NCBI GenBank assembly: GCA_965140785.1
Contig: OZ223504.1
Location: 1-10,084, forward strand
Length of the DNA stretch: 10,084 nucleotides
Reading direction: 5' to 3'
Source: an uncultured Ruficoccus sp.
Lineage (GTDB): Bacteria; Verrucomicrobiota; Verrucomicrobiia; Opitutales; Cerasicoccaceae
Shown here one piece after another: positions 1 to 9,377 of this stretch. The translations under genes were made by a program, and so were the position numbers. Position 1 is the first letter of the stretch. Each line of letters opens with the position of its first letter. Under the pieces are notes generated by a model. That model was given only the letters and a program-made list of their open reading frames with translations. It did not search any database and was not told the origin of the DNA.

Positions 1-2
1 AG

Positions 3-701
3 TACACGAAGGTCCTCGCCGCCTGGGCTCTGGAAAAGGGCGCCCGCTTCGTTTACGCCTCCAGCGCCGCCACCTATGGTGATGGCGCGCAGGGTATGGA
101 CGACAAGGATGCTGACCTTTCCCGCCTGCGCCCGCTGAACATGTACGGCTATTCCAAGCACATGTTCGACCTCTTCGCCCAGCGCAACGGCTGGCTCGAC
201 CAGCTGGTCGGCGTGAAGTATTTCAATGTCTTCGGCCCGAACGAGGACCACAAGGGCGACATGCGCAGCGTCGTGCACAAGGCGTTCGCCCAGATCCGCG
301 ATACCGGCCAGGTCGGCCTCTTCAAGAGCTACCACCCCGATTATGCCGACGGGGAGCAGATGCGCGACTTCCTCTACGTCAAGGACGCGATCGAAATGAC
401 CATCCACCTGGCCGAAACCTCCCGGGCCGGCGGGATCTTCAACCTCGGCTCCGGCCAGGCCAACACGTGGAAAACGCTGGTCACGCCGATCTTCGAGGCG
501 CTCGGCCTGCCCGTGCAGATCGACTACGTCGAGATGCCCGAAACCCTCCGCGCCAAGTACCAGTATTTTACCCAGGCCGACACCGCCAAGCTCCAGGCCA
601 CTGGCTATGACGGCCCCAAGTGGTCGCTGGCCGACGCCGTCACCGATTACGTCAAAAATTACCTGGCCGGGGACAAGCACCTTGATCCCGGCATAGCCTA
701 A
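3..701 (+). CDS. rfaD: ADP-L-glycero-D-manno-heptose 6-epimerase (extended SDR), 5' end lies outside the window
   Basis: The frame is open from base 3 (YTKVLAAWALEKGARFVYASSAATYG) and runs into the 96..701 ORF. It has the SDR motifs YASSAATYG and catalytic YxxxK (PLNMYGYSK), plus YFNVFGPNEDHKGDMRSVV, RDFLYVKD, FNLGSG and KYQYFTQAD, all typical of RfaD/HldD/GmhD. TAA at 699-701. Confidence 0.93.
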   Translation, partial: YTKVLAAWALEKGARFVYASSAATYGDGAQGMDDKDADLSRLRPLNMYGYSKHMFDLFAQRNGWLDQLVGVKYFNVFGPNEDHKGDMRSVVHKAFAQIRDTGQVGLFKSYHPDYADGEQMRDFLYVKDAIEMTIHLAETSRAGGIFNLGSGQANTWKTLVTPIFEALGLPVQIDYVEMPETLRAKYQYFTQADTAKLQATGYDGPKWSLADAVTDYVKNYLAGDKHLDPGIA

Positions 702-723
702 GCTGCCTGAGGCCAGACCTGTT

Positions 724-1884
724 ATGAGCGAGCCCGACAGCCACACAGACCCCAACGCGCCGGAATTCTGTACCGACGACAAGCTCCTCACACTTGGCAA
801 GCTCGCCCGGGGCATCGCCCACGATTTGAAAAACCTCCTGGCTGGCGTCCAAGGCAACACCGAACTGGCCCTGCGCGAGTTCAAAAACGAGAAAATGGCC
901 CGTAAGGCGATGGCCAATGTCATGCTCGCCTCCCGCAGCGCCCATGAGCTGGTGGAGCAGATTTCGGCCTACAGCCGCCATGACAACATCCCGCACAAGG
1001 TCCTCGACCTGCGCGAGACCATCGCCTACACCGAGCGGCTGCTGGAGGGCTTCGTCAGCCCGGCGGTCACGCTGGAGGTGAAGCTGCCGGACGAGCCGGT
1101 CTGTGTCCGGGCCAACCCGAGCCAGATGCAGCAGTTGGTGATGAATCTATGCCAAAACGGTCTCCAGGCTCTCGGTGACAAGGGCGGTCACCTGACCATC
1201 CGGCTCAGCACGGACGCCTCGGGCACCCAGGCCTGCCTCGAAGTCAGCGACACCGGCCCGGGCATCCCGACTGACATCCTGCCGCGCATTTTCGACCCCT
1301 ACTTCACCACCAAGGAGCTGGGCCTGGGCACCGGCCTGGGACTGGCCGTGGTGCAAAAAATCGTCCAGGACTGCGGCGGAGACATCCAGGCCGTCAGCCA
1401 ACCGGGAGGCAAAACCGTTTTCTCCATCGAGCTGCCGCGCTCCGAGGAAACACCCGAGCCGGAGGCTCCTCTGCCAACGCCGGACGATTTCCCGGAGGAA
1501 AAGAAAGCCATCCTGCTGGTGGACGACGAACCGATCATGCGCGGACTGGGCATGGACATCCTGCACAGCCTCGGCTACCGCGTCAGCGTGGCCGAGAACG
1601 GCTCCGAGGCGCTCGAGATGATTAAGCGCCATCCGGAGTATTTCGACCTCGTGCTCTCGGACTCGAAGATGCCCGAGATGTCCGGACCCGAACTGGCCGA
1701 GCAGCTTTACGCGATCCGGCCCGGCCTGCCTTTCATCCTCGTGACGGCCTTTAACGACTCCGGCACGGAGGCGCGCCTAAGAGAATTCGGCGTGACCGAA
1801 ATCGTCCAGAAGCCCTTCCTCATCGAGAGCCTGTCGCGAGCACTGAACAACGCCCTGAGCCAGTCGAAAAAGGCAAAGGCCTGA
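724..1884 (+). CDS. Cytoplasmic hybrid histidine kinase/response regulator (HisKA-HATPase_c-REC, CckA-like core) with no sensor domain
   Basis: H-box [10 protein letters not shown] (His33), N-box [11 protein letters not shown]1 DTGPGI, F-box [10 protein letters not shown]2 [10 protein letters not shown]-terminal receiver with ILLVDDE, phosphoacceptor LVLSDSKMP, and conserved T (ILVTAF) and K (QKPF). Confidence 0.93.
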   Translation: MSEPDSHTDPNAPEFCTDDKLLTLGKLARGIAHDLKNLLAGVQGNTELALREFKNEKMARKAMANVMLASRSAHELVEQISAYSRHDNIPHKVLDLRETIAYTERLLEGFVSPAVTLEVKLPDEPVCVRANPSQMQQLVMNLCQNGLQALGDKGGHLTIRLSTDASGTQACLEVSDTGPGIPTDILPRIFDPYFTTKELGLGTGLGLAVVQKIVQDCGGDIQAVSQPGGKTVFSIELPRSEETPEPEAPLPTPDDFPEEKKAILLVDDEPIMRGLGMDILHSLGYRVSVAENGSEALEMIKRHPEYFDLVLSDSKMPEMSGPELAEQLYAIRPGLPFILVTAFNDSGTEARLREFGVTEIVQKPFLIESLSRALNNALSQSKKAKA

Positions 1885-1925
1885 GCCCGGAACTCCGGCA
1901 GCCCGGCGCTGTCGCAGCTTTTTCT

Positions 1926-2366
1926 GTGAGTCATTCCCGGCAAAGATGGCAAACCCCCGCCCGCTGGTTGCTGCCTGTTGGCCTGGCCGCCAGCATCTCC
2001 CTGCTCTCGGGCGGCAGTGTCCCGCCGGGTGTCGTTCCTGACATCATAGAGATCGACAAGGTGATACACATCCTGGTCTTCGGCCTGCTGGCGACCGCCA
2101 TTTACCGTGCGCTGCCCCCGGCCATGCCTTCGGCGCGGCGCACCTGCTGGGCGGTCGGGCTAACGGTGATCTTCGGGCTCTCGGATGAGCTGCACCAGGG
2201 CATGAATCCCGCGCGCACCATGGACGGCTGGGACCTGCTCGCCGACACGATCGGAGCCGTGCTGGCGGTCTGCGTTTACCGATTCTGGGGCCGGTACCGA
2301 CGCCTGCTGGAGTGGCGGGTTCTGCCGGATTCCACCTCCTCCGTTTCCGCCGAAGCACGCTCTTAG
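1926..2366 (+). CDS. VanZ-like family membrane protein
   Basis: GTG start. Hydrophobic helices with the VanZ-type pattern DKVIH..FGLL and FGLSDELHQ...PART.D.WDLLADTIG. The start codon is uncertain. Confidence 0.85.
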   Translation: MSHSRQRWQTPARWLLPVGLAASISLLSGGSVPPGVVPDIIEIDKVIHILVFGLLATAIYRALPPAMPSARRTCWAVGLTVIFGLSDELHQGMNPARTMDGWDLLADTIGAVLAVCVYRFWGRYRRLLEWRVLPDSTSSVSAEARS

Positions 2367-4418
<2,052 letters not shown>

Positions 4419-4431
4419 CCCCCCGTTGCCT

Positions 4432-5421
4432 ATGTGGTACTACGCCATCTACAACCAACAGAACGGCCCGGTTAGCGAGGCCGACATGACGCACCTGATC
4501 CGGCAGGGACGGGTCAAGGCCGACACCCTCGTCTGGCGCGCCGGCATGAACGACTGGCTGCCCGCCGCGCAAACCGAGCTCGCCGCCCAACTGCCCACAC
4601 TGGCCGCCGGAGAGAGGCAGCCGCCCATTGTAGGCGGAGGACCGACGCGGAGCTATTCCTCGGGCCGACACCGCTCCCGCGGGGCGGAAGTCCCGCCCAC
4701 CCGCTTTGAAATCCCGCCCGGAGCGAAGGCCCGGCACCTGATGGGGATGGCCAGCGACCTGATGAGCGGCCGCTGGGGGCTGGGTATCGGCTTCTGCCTG
4801 GTGTACGGGCTGGTCGCCTTTGGCATCAGTATGGTCCCGTACATCGGCAGCTTGATCAACATGCTGCTCTTCGGAGTGCTCGAGGTGGGGGCGCTGCGCT
4901 TCTGGCTGACCTACACGCGCGGCGGCGACGCCAAGATCGATCAGCTCTTTTCCGCCTTCCCCATCTTTGGCAAAACCCTCCTGGCCTACCTGCTGTATTC
5001 GGCGATCCTGATCGGGGTGATTTTTGTGGCCGCCATCCCGGGGGGCGTGCTCCTGATCGCCGGGGGCGTCACGGCCAGCGAAACCGGCACGGATTTCAAC
5101 CCGCTCTTGATCGCGGGCATCACCCTGGACGTACTCGGGCTGGCCATCGCCGGAACCCTGGTGAGCCTGATTCTTTCCCAGGTCTTTTATCTGCTGGCCG
5201 ACGACGAGGACGCACTGATCTTTGAGAGCTTCCGGACCAGCCGGGCGCTCATGGTGGGCAACAAGTGGCGGCTGTTCCGGCTCCAGTTGCTGTTCATGCT
5301 GCTGGCCCTCGGGTGTATTTTCACCGCGGGTATCGGGTTCATCTGGCTGGTGCCGTACATGCGCTGCTCGATGACCTGCTTCTACGAATCGCTCCTGGCC
5401 GAAGCCCACGCCGCCGACTGA
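4432..5421 (+). CDS. GYF_2 (DUF4339) N-terminal domain fused to a DUF975-like multi-pass membrane domain
   Basis: N-terminus WYY....QNGPVS..DM..LIRQGRVKADTLVWRAGMNDW matches the GYF_2 pattern. A Pro/Gly/Arg-rich linker follows. The C-terminal TM region FYLLAD...ESFRTSRALMVGNKWRLF.LQL.F....IFTAGIGFIWLVPY....FYESL is DUF975-like. ATG at 4432 (alternative TTG at 4426). Confidence 0.8.
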   Translation: MWYYAIYNQQNGPVSEADMTHLIRQGRVKADTLVWRAGMNDWLPAAQTELAAQLPTLAAGERQPPIVGGGPTRSYSSGRHRSRGAEVPPTRFEIPPGAKARHLMGMASDLMSGRWGLGIGFCLVYGLVAFGISMVPYIGSLINMLLFGVLEVGALRFWLTYTRGGDAKIDQLFSAFPIFGKTLLAYLLYSAILIGVIFVAAIPGGVLLIAGGVTASETGTDFNPLLIAGITLDVLGLAIAGTLVSLILSQVFYLLADDEDALIFESFRTSRALMVGNKWRLFRLQLLFMLLALGCIFTAGIGFIWLVPYMRCSMTCFYESLLAEAHAAD

Positions 5422-5431
5422 TTCCCGCCTT

Positions 5432-6745
5432 ATGCCTGACTCCAACGGCCCCCACGCCCGCCCTAACCGCGCCGGACGACTGGCGTGGCTCGTGTGGGGC
5501 GCAGCGGGGGCGTTTGTTTTTTACCAATTCGTCCTGCAGGCCTCCACCACGGTGATGGAGGCGGACCTCGTACGGGCCTTCCACCTGGACAAGGTCGGCT
5601 TCGGCGTGATTTCGGCGGAGTTTTACACCACCTACCTGCTCCTGCAGATCCCGGCGGGGGTCATCGTGGCCCGCTACGGTCCCCGGCGGGTCATGGCCAT
5701 CGGCCTGCTGCTGTGCGCGGCGGCCACGATGCTCTTCGGACTGGCCCCCTCGCGCAGCCTGGCCGAAGCCGCCCGCATCCTCATGGGCATGGGCGCGGCC
5801 CCCGCCGTGGTCAGCGCCTTGACCCTGGCGGCGCGGTGGTTCCCGCCAGGGAAGTTCGCCCTGGTCGCCGGGCTGACGGAGATGCTCGGCGCGATCGGCG
5901 GCGCGGTCGGCCAGGAAGTACTGGGCGCGGCGGTTCACCGGCTCGGCTGGCGCCAGGCGATGCTCGGGGACGGCCTGATCGGCCTGGCGCTGGCCCTGGC
6001 TGCCTGGCTGGTCGTGCGCGACCGTCCCCCGGCCCGTGACCCCTTTGCCCCCGCCGAGGTCCGCCCCCGCCTCCGAGACGCCCTGCGGGGGGTCGGATTG
6101 CTCCTGACTAATGCCGCCCTGTGGATCAACGGTCTGATCACGGGGCTGTTGTTCGCGCTGGCCACGGCCTTCGGGCTGGGCTGGGGCGTGCCCTTTCTCG
6201 AACTGCGCCTGGATGTCGATCTGCCCGCCGCCTCCTTTGCGTGTTCGCTGCTGTTCTGGGGCAGCACCCTGGGGCTGCCCGTCATGGGCTGGCTGGAGCA
6301 CAGGCTGGGCCGGCGCAAGCCGATCATGGGAGTCGGCTGTGTGATCTCCATGCTGTTGACCGGGGTGCTCTTTTACCTGCCGGGGCTCGGGTATAGCTCG
6401 GGCTGTGTGGTGATTTTCGCCCTGGGCTTTATCGTCTCCAGCTATGTGATGGGCTTTGCGGCCGCGCCGGATCTGGTCGAGCCCAGCCAGCACGGCCCGG
6501 CCATGGCCTTTACCAACATGATGAGCCTGCTCATCGGGGGATGGTTCATGCAGCCGCTGATCGGATGGTTCCTGGACCGGCGGACGGGCCAGCCCGCGCT
6601 CGAAGCCCACGGCAAGGCGCTGGACCTGGCCCACTACCAGGAAGGGCTCACCCTGCTACCGCTCGGCATGGCGGTCGCGCTGGGGCTCCTGCTGTTTCTG
6701 CCCGAAACCGGCTGGAAAGCCTCGGCTCCGGCAGAGGACAAATAG
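5432..6745 (+). CDS. Major facilitator superfamily transporter, substrate unknown
   Basis: 437 aa with about 12 hydrophobic segments. Motif-A-like loops GVIVARYGPRR and GWLEHRLGRRK, TM4 ARILMGMG, and ARWFPP. Confidence 0.92.
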   Translation: MPDSNGPHARPNRAGRLAWLVWGAAGAFVFYQFVLQASTTVMEADLVRAFHLDKVGFGVISAEFYTTYLLLQIPAGVIVARYGPRRVMAIGLLLCAAATMLFGLAPSRSLAEAARILMGMGAAPAVVSALTLAARWFPPGKFALVAGLTEMLGAIGGAVGQEVLGAAVHRLGWRQAMLGDGLIGLALALAAWLVVRDRPPARDPFAPAEVRPRLRDALRGVGLLLTNAALWINGLITGLLFALATAFGLGWGVPFLELRLDVDLPAASFACSLLFWGSTLGLPVMGWLEHRLGRRKPIMGVGCVISMLLTGVLFYLPGLGYSSGCVVIFALGFIVSSYVMGFAAAPDLVEPSQHGPAMAFTNMMSLLIGGWFMQPLIGWFLDRRTGQPALEAHGKALDLAHYQEGLTLLPLGMAVALGLLLFLPETGWKASAPAEDK

Positions 6746-6765
6746 ACAAGCCTCGGATCAGCCGC

Positions 6766-7284
6766 TTACGGGAGTCGGCCCGAACGCTGCAACTCCTGCT
6801 GGAGCGCGATCTGAAACTCGGTCAGGTCGCCTTCGCTGGGGCGGTAGTCCTCGGTATCGCTGCGGGGGATCAGGCCCAGGCGGCCCGTCTGGTCGAGCTG
6901 CCAGTCCATGGTTTTGCCATCGCTGAAAGTGACCGAACCGCTGAGCACGGCGCCGGGGCGCTGGATCTTATCCAGCGTGACACTGACCTGGCCGCCACCG
7001 GCGGGGGCATCGTCTTCGCCTCCGGGGAACGGCAGCGGCTCCTCCCCGGCGGGCGGCTGGGCCGGAGCGGGGGCGGGAGCAGGGGGGGCCTTGCTTAGGT
7101 CCGCATCGGCCTTGGGTGCCTTGTCCTTGATCTGCAAGTCGAGATCGTCCACCAGGAAACGCACCTCCATGAAGGTCATGTTGACGTCCATGTCTTCGGC
7201 CAGGCGCTTCTGCACCTCGGACAAGCTCAGCCCTTCGTCGATCCAGGCGCTCACCTGTACTTTTTGTTCGTTGGTCAAATCCAT
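6766..7284 (-). CDS. Hypothetical protein: helical N-domain, Pro/Ala-rich linker, beta-rich C-domain
   Basis: ATG at 7284 gives 172 aa (MDLTNEQK...RSGRLP) with natural composition and GC3-rich codons. It fills the gap between the MFS gene and dnaA. The ORF-track extension to 7329 looks spurious. Confidence 0.82.
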   Translation of the reverse strand: MDLTNEQKVQVSAWIDEGLSLSEVQKRLAEDMDVNMTFMEVRFLVDDLDLQIKDKAPKADADLSKAPPAPAPAPAQPPAGEEPLPFPGGEDDAPAGGGQVSVTLDKIQRPGAVLSGSVTFSDGKTMDWQLDQTGRLGLIPRSDTEDYRPSEGDLTEFQIALQQELQRSGRLP

Positions 7285-7390
7285 GTTTATAAAGGGTTCT
7301 TGCGCCCGGAGCCGCTCCCGGCAAGCCAAATCGGGTTAAGCCCGCTGGCAGCGAGAGGCTGGAGCACGTATCGTGTCAGGAGCCTTTCTA

Positions 7391-7412
7391 GCTCCGGAGC
7401 AAGGGCCGGAGC
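7391..7412. repeat. Inverted repeat / stem-loop downstream of dnaA
   Basis: GCTCCGG (7391-7397), 8-nt spacer, CCGGAGC (7406-7412); flanked by TCAGG (7376-7380) and CCTGA (7414-7418). No U-tract follows on the dnaA strand, so it is not a canonical intrinsic terminator. Confidence 0.4.
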
Positions 7413-7439
7413 CCCTGAATGTCCAGTGCGGACACGCAC

Positions 7440-8861
7440 CTAGAAGCGGTGGGCGGCGAGCTGTTTTTGCAGGTAGTCCACGGCGCGGGCGACGGAGTCG
7501 TCCTGCTCCATGATGTTCTCGACCGTCTTGCAGGCGTGGATCACCGTACCGTGGTCGCGACCGCCGAAACCGTCGCCGATCTCCTGAAGGGAGTGGCTGG
7601 TGAGCATGCGGGAGAGGTACATGGCGATCTGGCGCGGGAAGGCGATGTTGGCCGGGCGGCGCTTGCTGACCATGTCGGTCAGGCGCAGCTTGTAGTAGTC
7701 GGCCACCTTCTGCTGGATCTTTTCGATCGTGACCTTGTTCTGCGCCTCTTCCTGCAAGATGTCGTGCAGGAGCCGCTCGACGGTCGGGATGTCGATCACG
7801 CTATTCATCAAGGCGGCAAAACCGGCCACGCGGGTGAGGGCTCCCTCCATGCGGCGGACGTTGCGCGAGACACGCTCAGCCAGGAACTGCAGGATGTGCT
7901 CGGGCAGTTCGAGGTTCATGGACTTGGCCTTCTTACCGAGGATCGCGACGCGGGTCTCGAAGTCCGGCGGCTGAATGTCGGCCACCAGGCCCCACTGGAA
8001 ACGGGACACGAGGCGGTTCTCCAGCTTGGCGATCTCGCTGGCGGGGCGGTCGCTGGAGAGGAAAATCTGCTTCTGGCGCTCGAAGAGCTCGTTGAAGGTG
8101 TGGAAGAACTCCTCCTGGATGCGCTCCTTACCGGAGAGGAAGTGGATGTCGTCAATCAGGAGCATGTCCACCTGGCGGTAGCGCTGGCGGAACTTCGTCA
8201 CGGTGTTGGTCTGGATGGCCTCGATGAACTCGTTGGTGAAGCTCTCGGTGGAAATGTAGGCAATCTCGGCGTCCGGGTTCGTGCGCAGGGCGTGCTGGGC
8301 GACGGCGTGCATGAGGTGGGTCTTGCCCAGCCCGGTATCCCCGTAGAGGAAGAGCGGGTTGTAGGCACGGGCGGGCGCGTTGGCCACGGCCATGCAGGCG
8401 GCGTGGGCGAGCTGATTGCCGGCGCCGACGACAAAGTTGTCGAAGGTGTTGCGCGGATTCAGGATGATACGCGAGGTAAAGTGGCTCATGCGGCCCCCGC
8501 GCTCACGCGGTTCGCTCACACGCGGGGTGCGCGGCTGCGGGACCGGGCCGACGGCACGGCCCGGCAGGGAGCCGTCGTCCTTCGAAGGGTCGGCCTCGGC
8601 TTCACCCTCGTGCACACGATAGCGGATGCCCATCGTCTGGCCGGTGTTTTCACGCAGGCGCTTGGTGATGATGTCCTGATAATTGTCCTGGATCCAGAAG
8701 GCCGAAAAATCATTCGGCACTTCGAGAGTTACAAAATCGTCGCTTTCATCGACACACTGGACCGGTTCGAACCAGGTGCGGTAGACGTCATGGGGGAAGA
8801 GACTCTGCAAATCGCTCTTAATTGTGTCCCATAAAGTCGTCTGATGGCTTTGCTGACTCAT
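7440..8861 (-). CDS. dnaA: Chromosomal replication initiator DnaA
   Basis: Domain I (LW..IK..L....YRTWF, EVPNDF..FWI), low-complexity domain [23 protein letters not shown], Walker A GDTGLGKT, Walker [36 protein letters not shown], and domain [10 protein letters not shown]...[14 protein letters not shown]. Confidence 0.99.
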   Translation of the reverse strand: MSQQSHQTTLWDTIKSDLQSLFPHDVYRTWFEPVQCVDESDDFVTLEVPNDFSAFWIQDNYQDIITKRLRENTGQTMGIRYRVHEGEAEADPSKDDGSLPGRAVGPVPQPRTPRVSEPRERGGRMSHFTSRIILNPRNTFDNFVVGAGNQLAHAACMAVANAPARAYNPLFLYGDTGLGKTHLMHAVAQHALRTNPDAEIAYISTESFTNEFIEAIQTNTVTKFRQRYRQVDMLLIDDIHFLSGKERIQEEFFHTFNELFERQKQIFLSSDRPASEIAKLENRLVSRFQWGLVADIQPPDFETRVAILGKKAKSMNLELPEHILQFLAERVSRNVRRMEGALTRVAGFAALMNSVIDIPTVERLLHDILQEEAQNKVTIEKIQQKVADYYKLRLTDMVSKRRPANIAFPRQIAMYLSRMLTSHSLQEIGDGFGGRDHGTVIHACKTVENIMEQDDSVARAVDYLQKQLAAHRF

Positions 8862-8886
8862 GTATTGTTACGGCGTTTTAAAGGAT

Positions 8887-8895
8887 TTATTCACA
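8887..8895 (+). promoter_or_regulatory. DnaA box (TTATTCACA) 25 bp upstream of the dnaA start, likely autoregulatory
   Basis: Exact match to the TTWTNCACA consensus, in the usual position for dnaA autorepression. Confidence 0.72.
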
Positions 8896-9015
8896 AACAG
8901 TTCCGAAATGATTATTTCTAATCATTGCATATTGGATCGTATCAAACGAGATAGTCCTCCCAAGGCGGGCGGACGTTAACAGGGGTCAGTCATCCAATCG
9001 AAACAGCAGCGAGAC

Positions 9016-9063
9016 AAAATCCATAAGTAGTTTTAAATTATAAAGTTAAGAGAATAAAGTAAG
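9016..9063. promoter_or_regulatory. AT-rich tract, possible DNA unwinding element or promoter/IHF-type site
   Basis: AAAATCCATAAGTAGTTTTAAATTATAAAGTTAAGAGAATAAAGTAAG is by eye the most AT-rich stretch of the window and lies between DnaA boxes. Confidence 0.4.
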
Positions 9064-9149
9064 CCTGATCCGGGAGACGGGAGAGAGAACCGTGAGACGT
9101 GGCATATCCTCCTGAAACAGTCCGGTGGCGTTGTATGTATTGGAGTAAA

Positions 9150-9199
9150 TTTTCCGCAGCCTCTATTGGCAAGTTCTACTTTTCCACAAGTTACTAACA
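9150..9199 (+). promoter_or_regulatory. DnaA box cluster
   Basis: TTTTCCACA at 9180-9188 (consensus match), TTTTCCGCA at 9150-9158 (1 mismatch) and degenerate TTACTAACA at 9191-9199, all in the same orientation. Confidence 0.55.
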
Positions 9200-9377
9200 C
9201 CGCCGCGGGCCTCGATTTTGTCACCTTTTAGTTGCACGAACGACACATTCCAGACGCTCCCGCAAAGTGTCCAATTTGAACAGGTTAGCGGCTTGCCATG
9301 CCGATAAAATGATGCTAACCGAACAGCCCTGGCACAAGAGTTGTAACAAACGCCTCCACGCTCAGGTAAAAAAAGTT

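Larger units (their letters stand above)
8862..9377. other. dnaA upstream region, candidate replication origin (oriC) and dnaA promoter
   Basis: About 515 bp with no credible ORF, clearly AT-richer than the flanking genes, adjacent to dnaA. Contains DnaA boxes (8887, 9180, degenerate at 9150) and an AT-rich tract at 9016-9063. Confidence 0.6.

Noticed and set aside
1926..2366. Glycopeptide-resistance locus suggested by the VanZ-like gene
   Set aside because: VanZ-like proteins are widespread; no vanHAX or vanRS genes are present, and the neighbouring kinase is not VanS-like (no TM segments, has a REC domain).
7040..7095. GC-rich short repeats (GGGGGCGGGAGCAGGGGGGG)
   Set aside because: They encode the Pro/Ala linker of the hypothetical protein and are not an independent repeat element.
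7419..8834. 471-aa ORF on the + strand opposite dnaA
   Set aside because: Codon-registered antisense shadow of dnaA with no domain signal.
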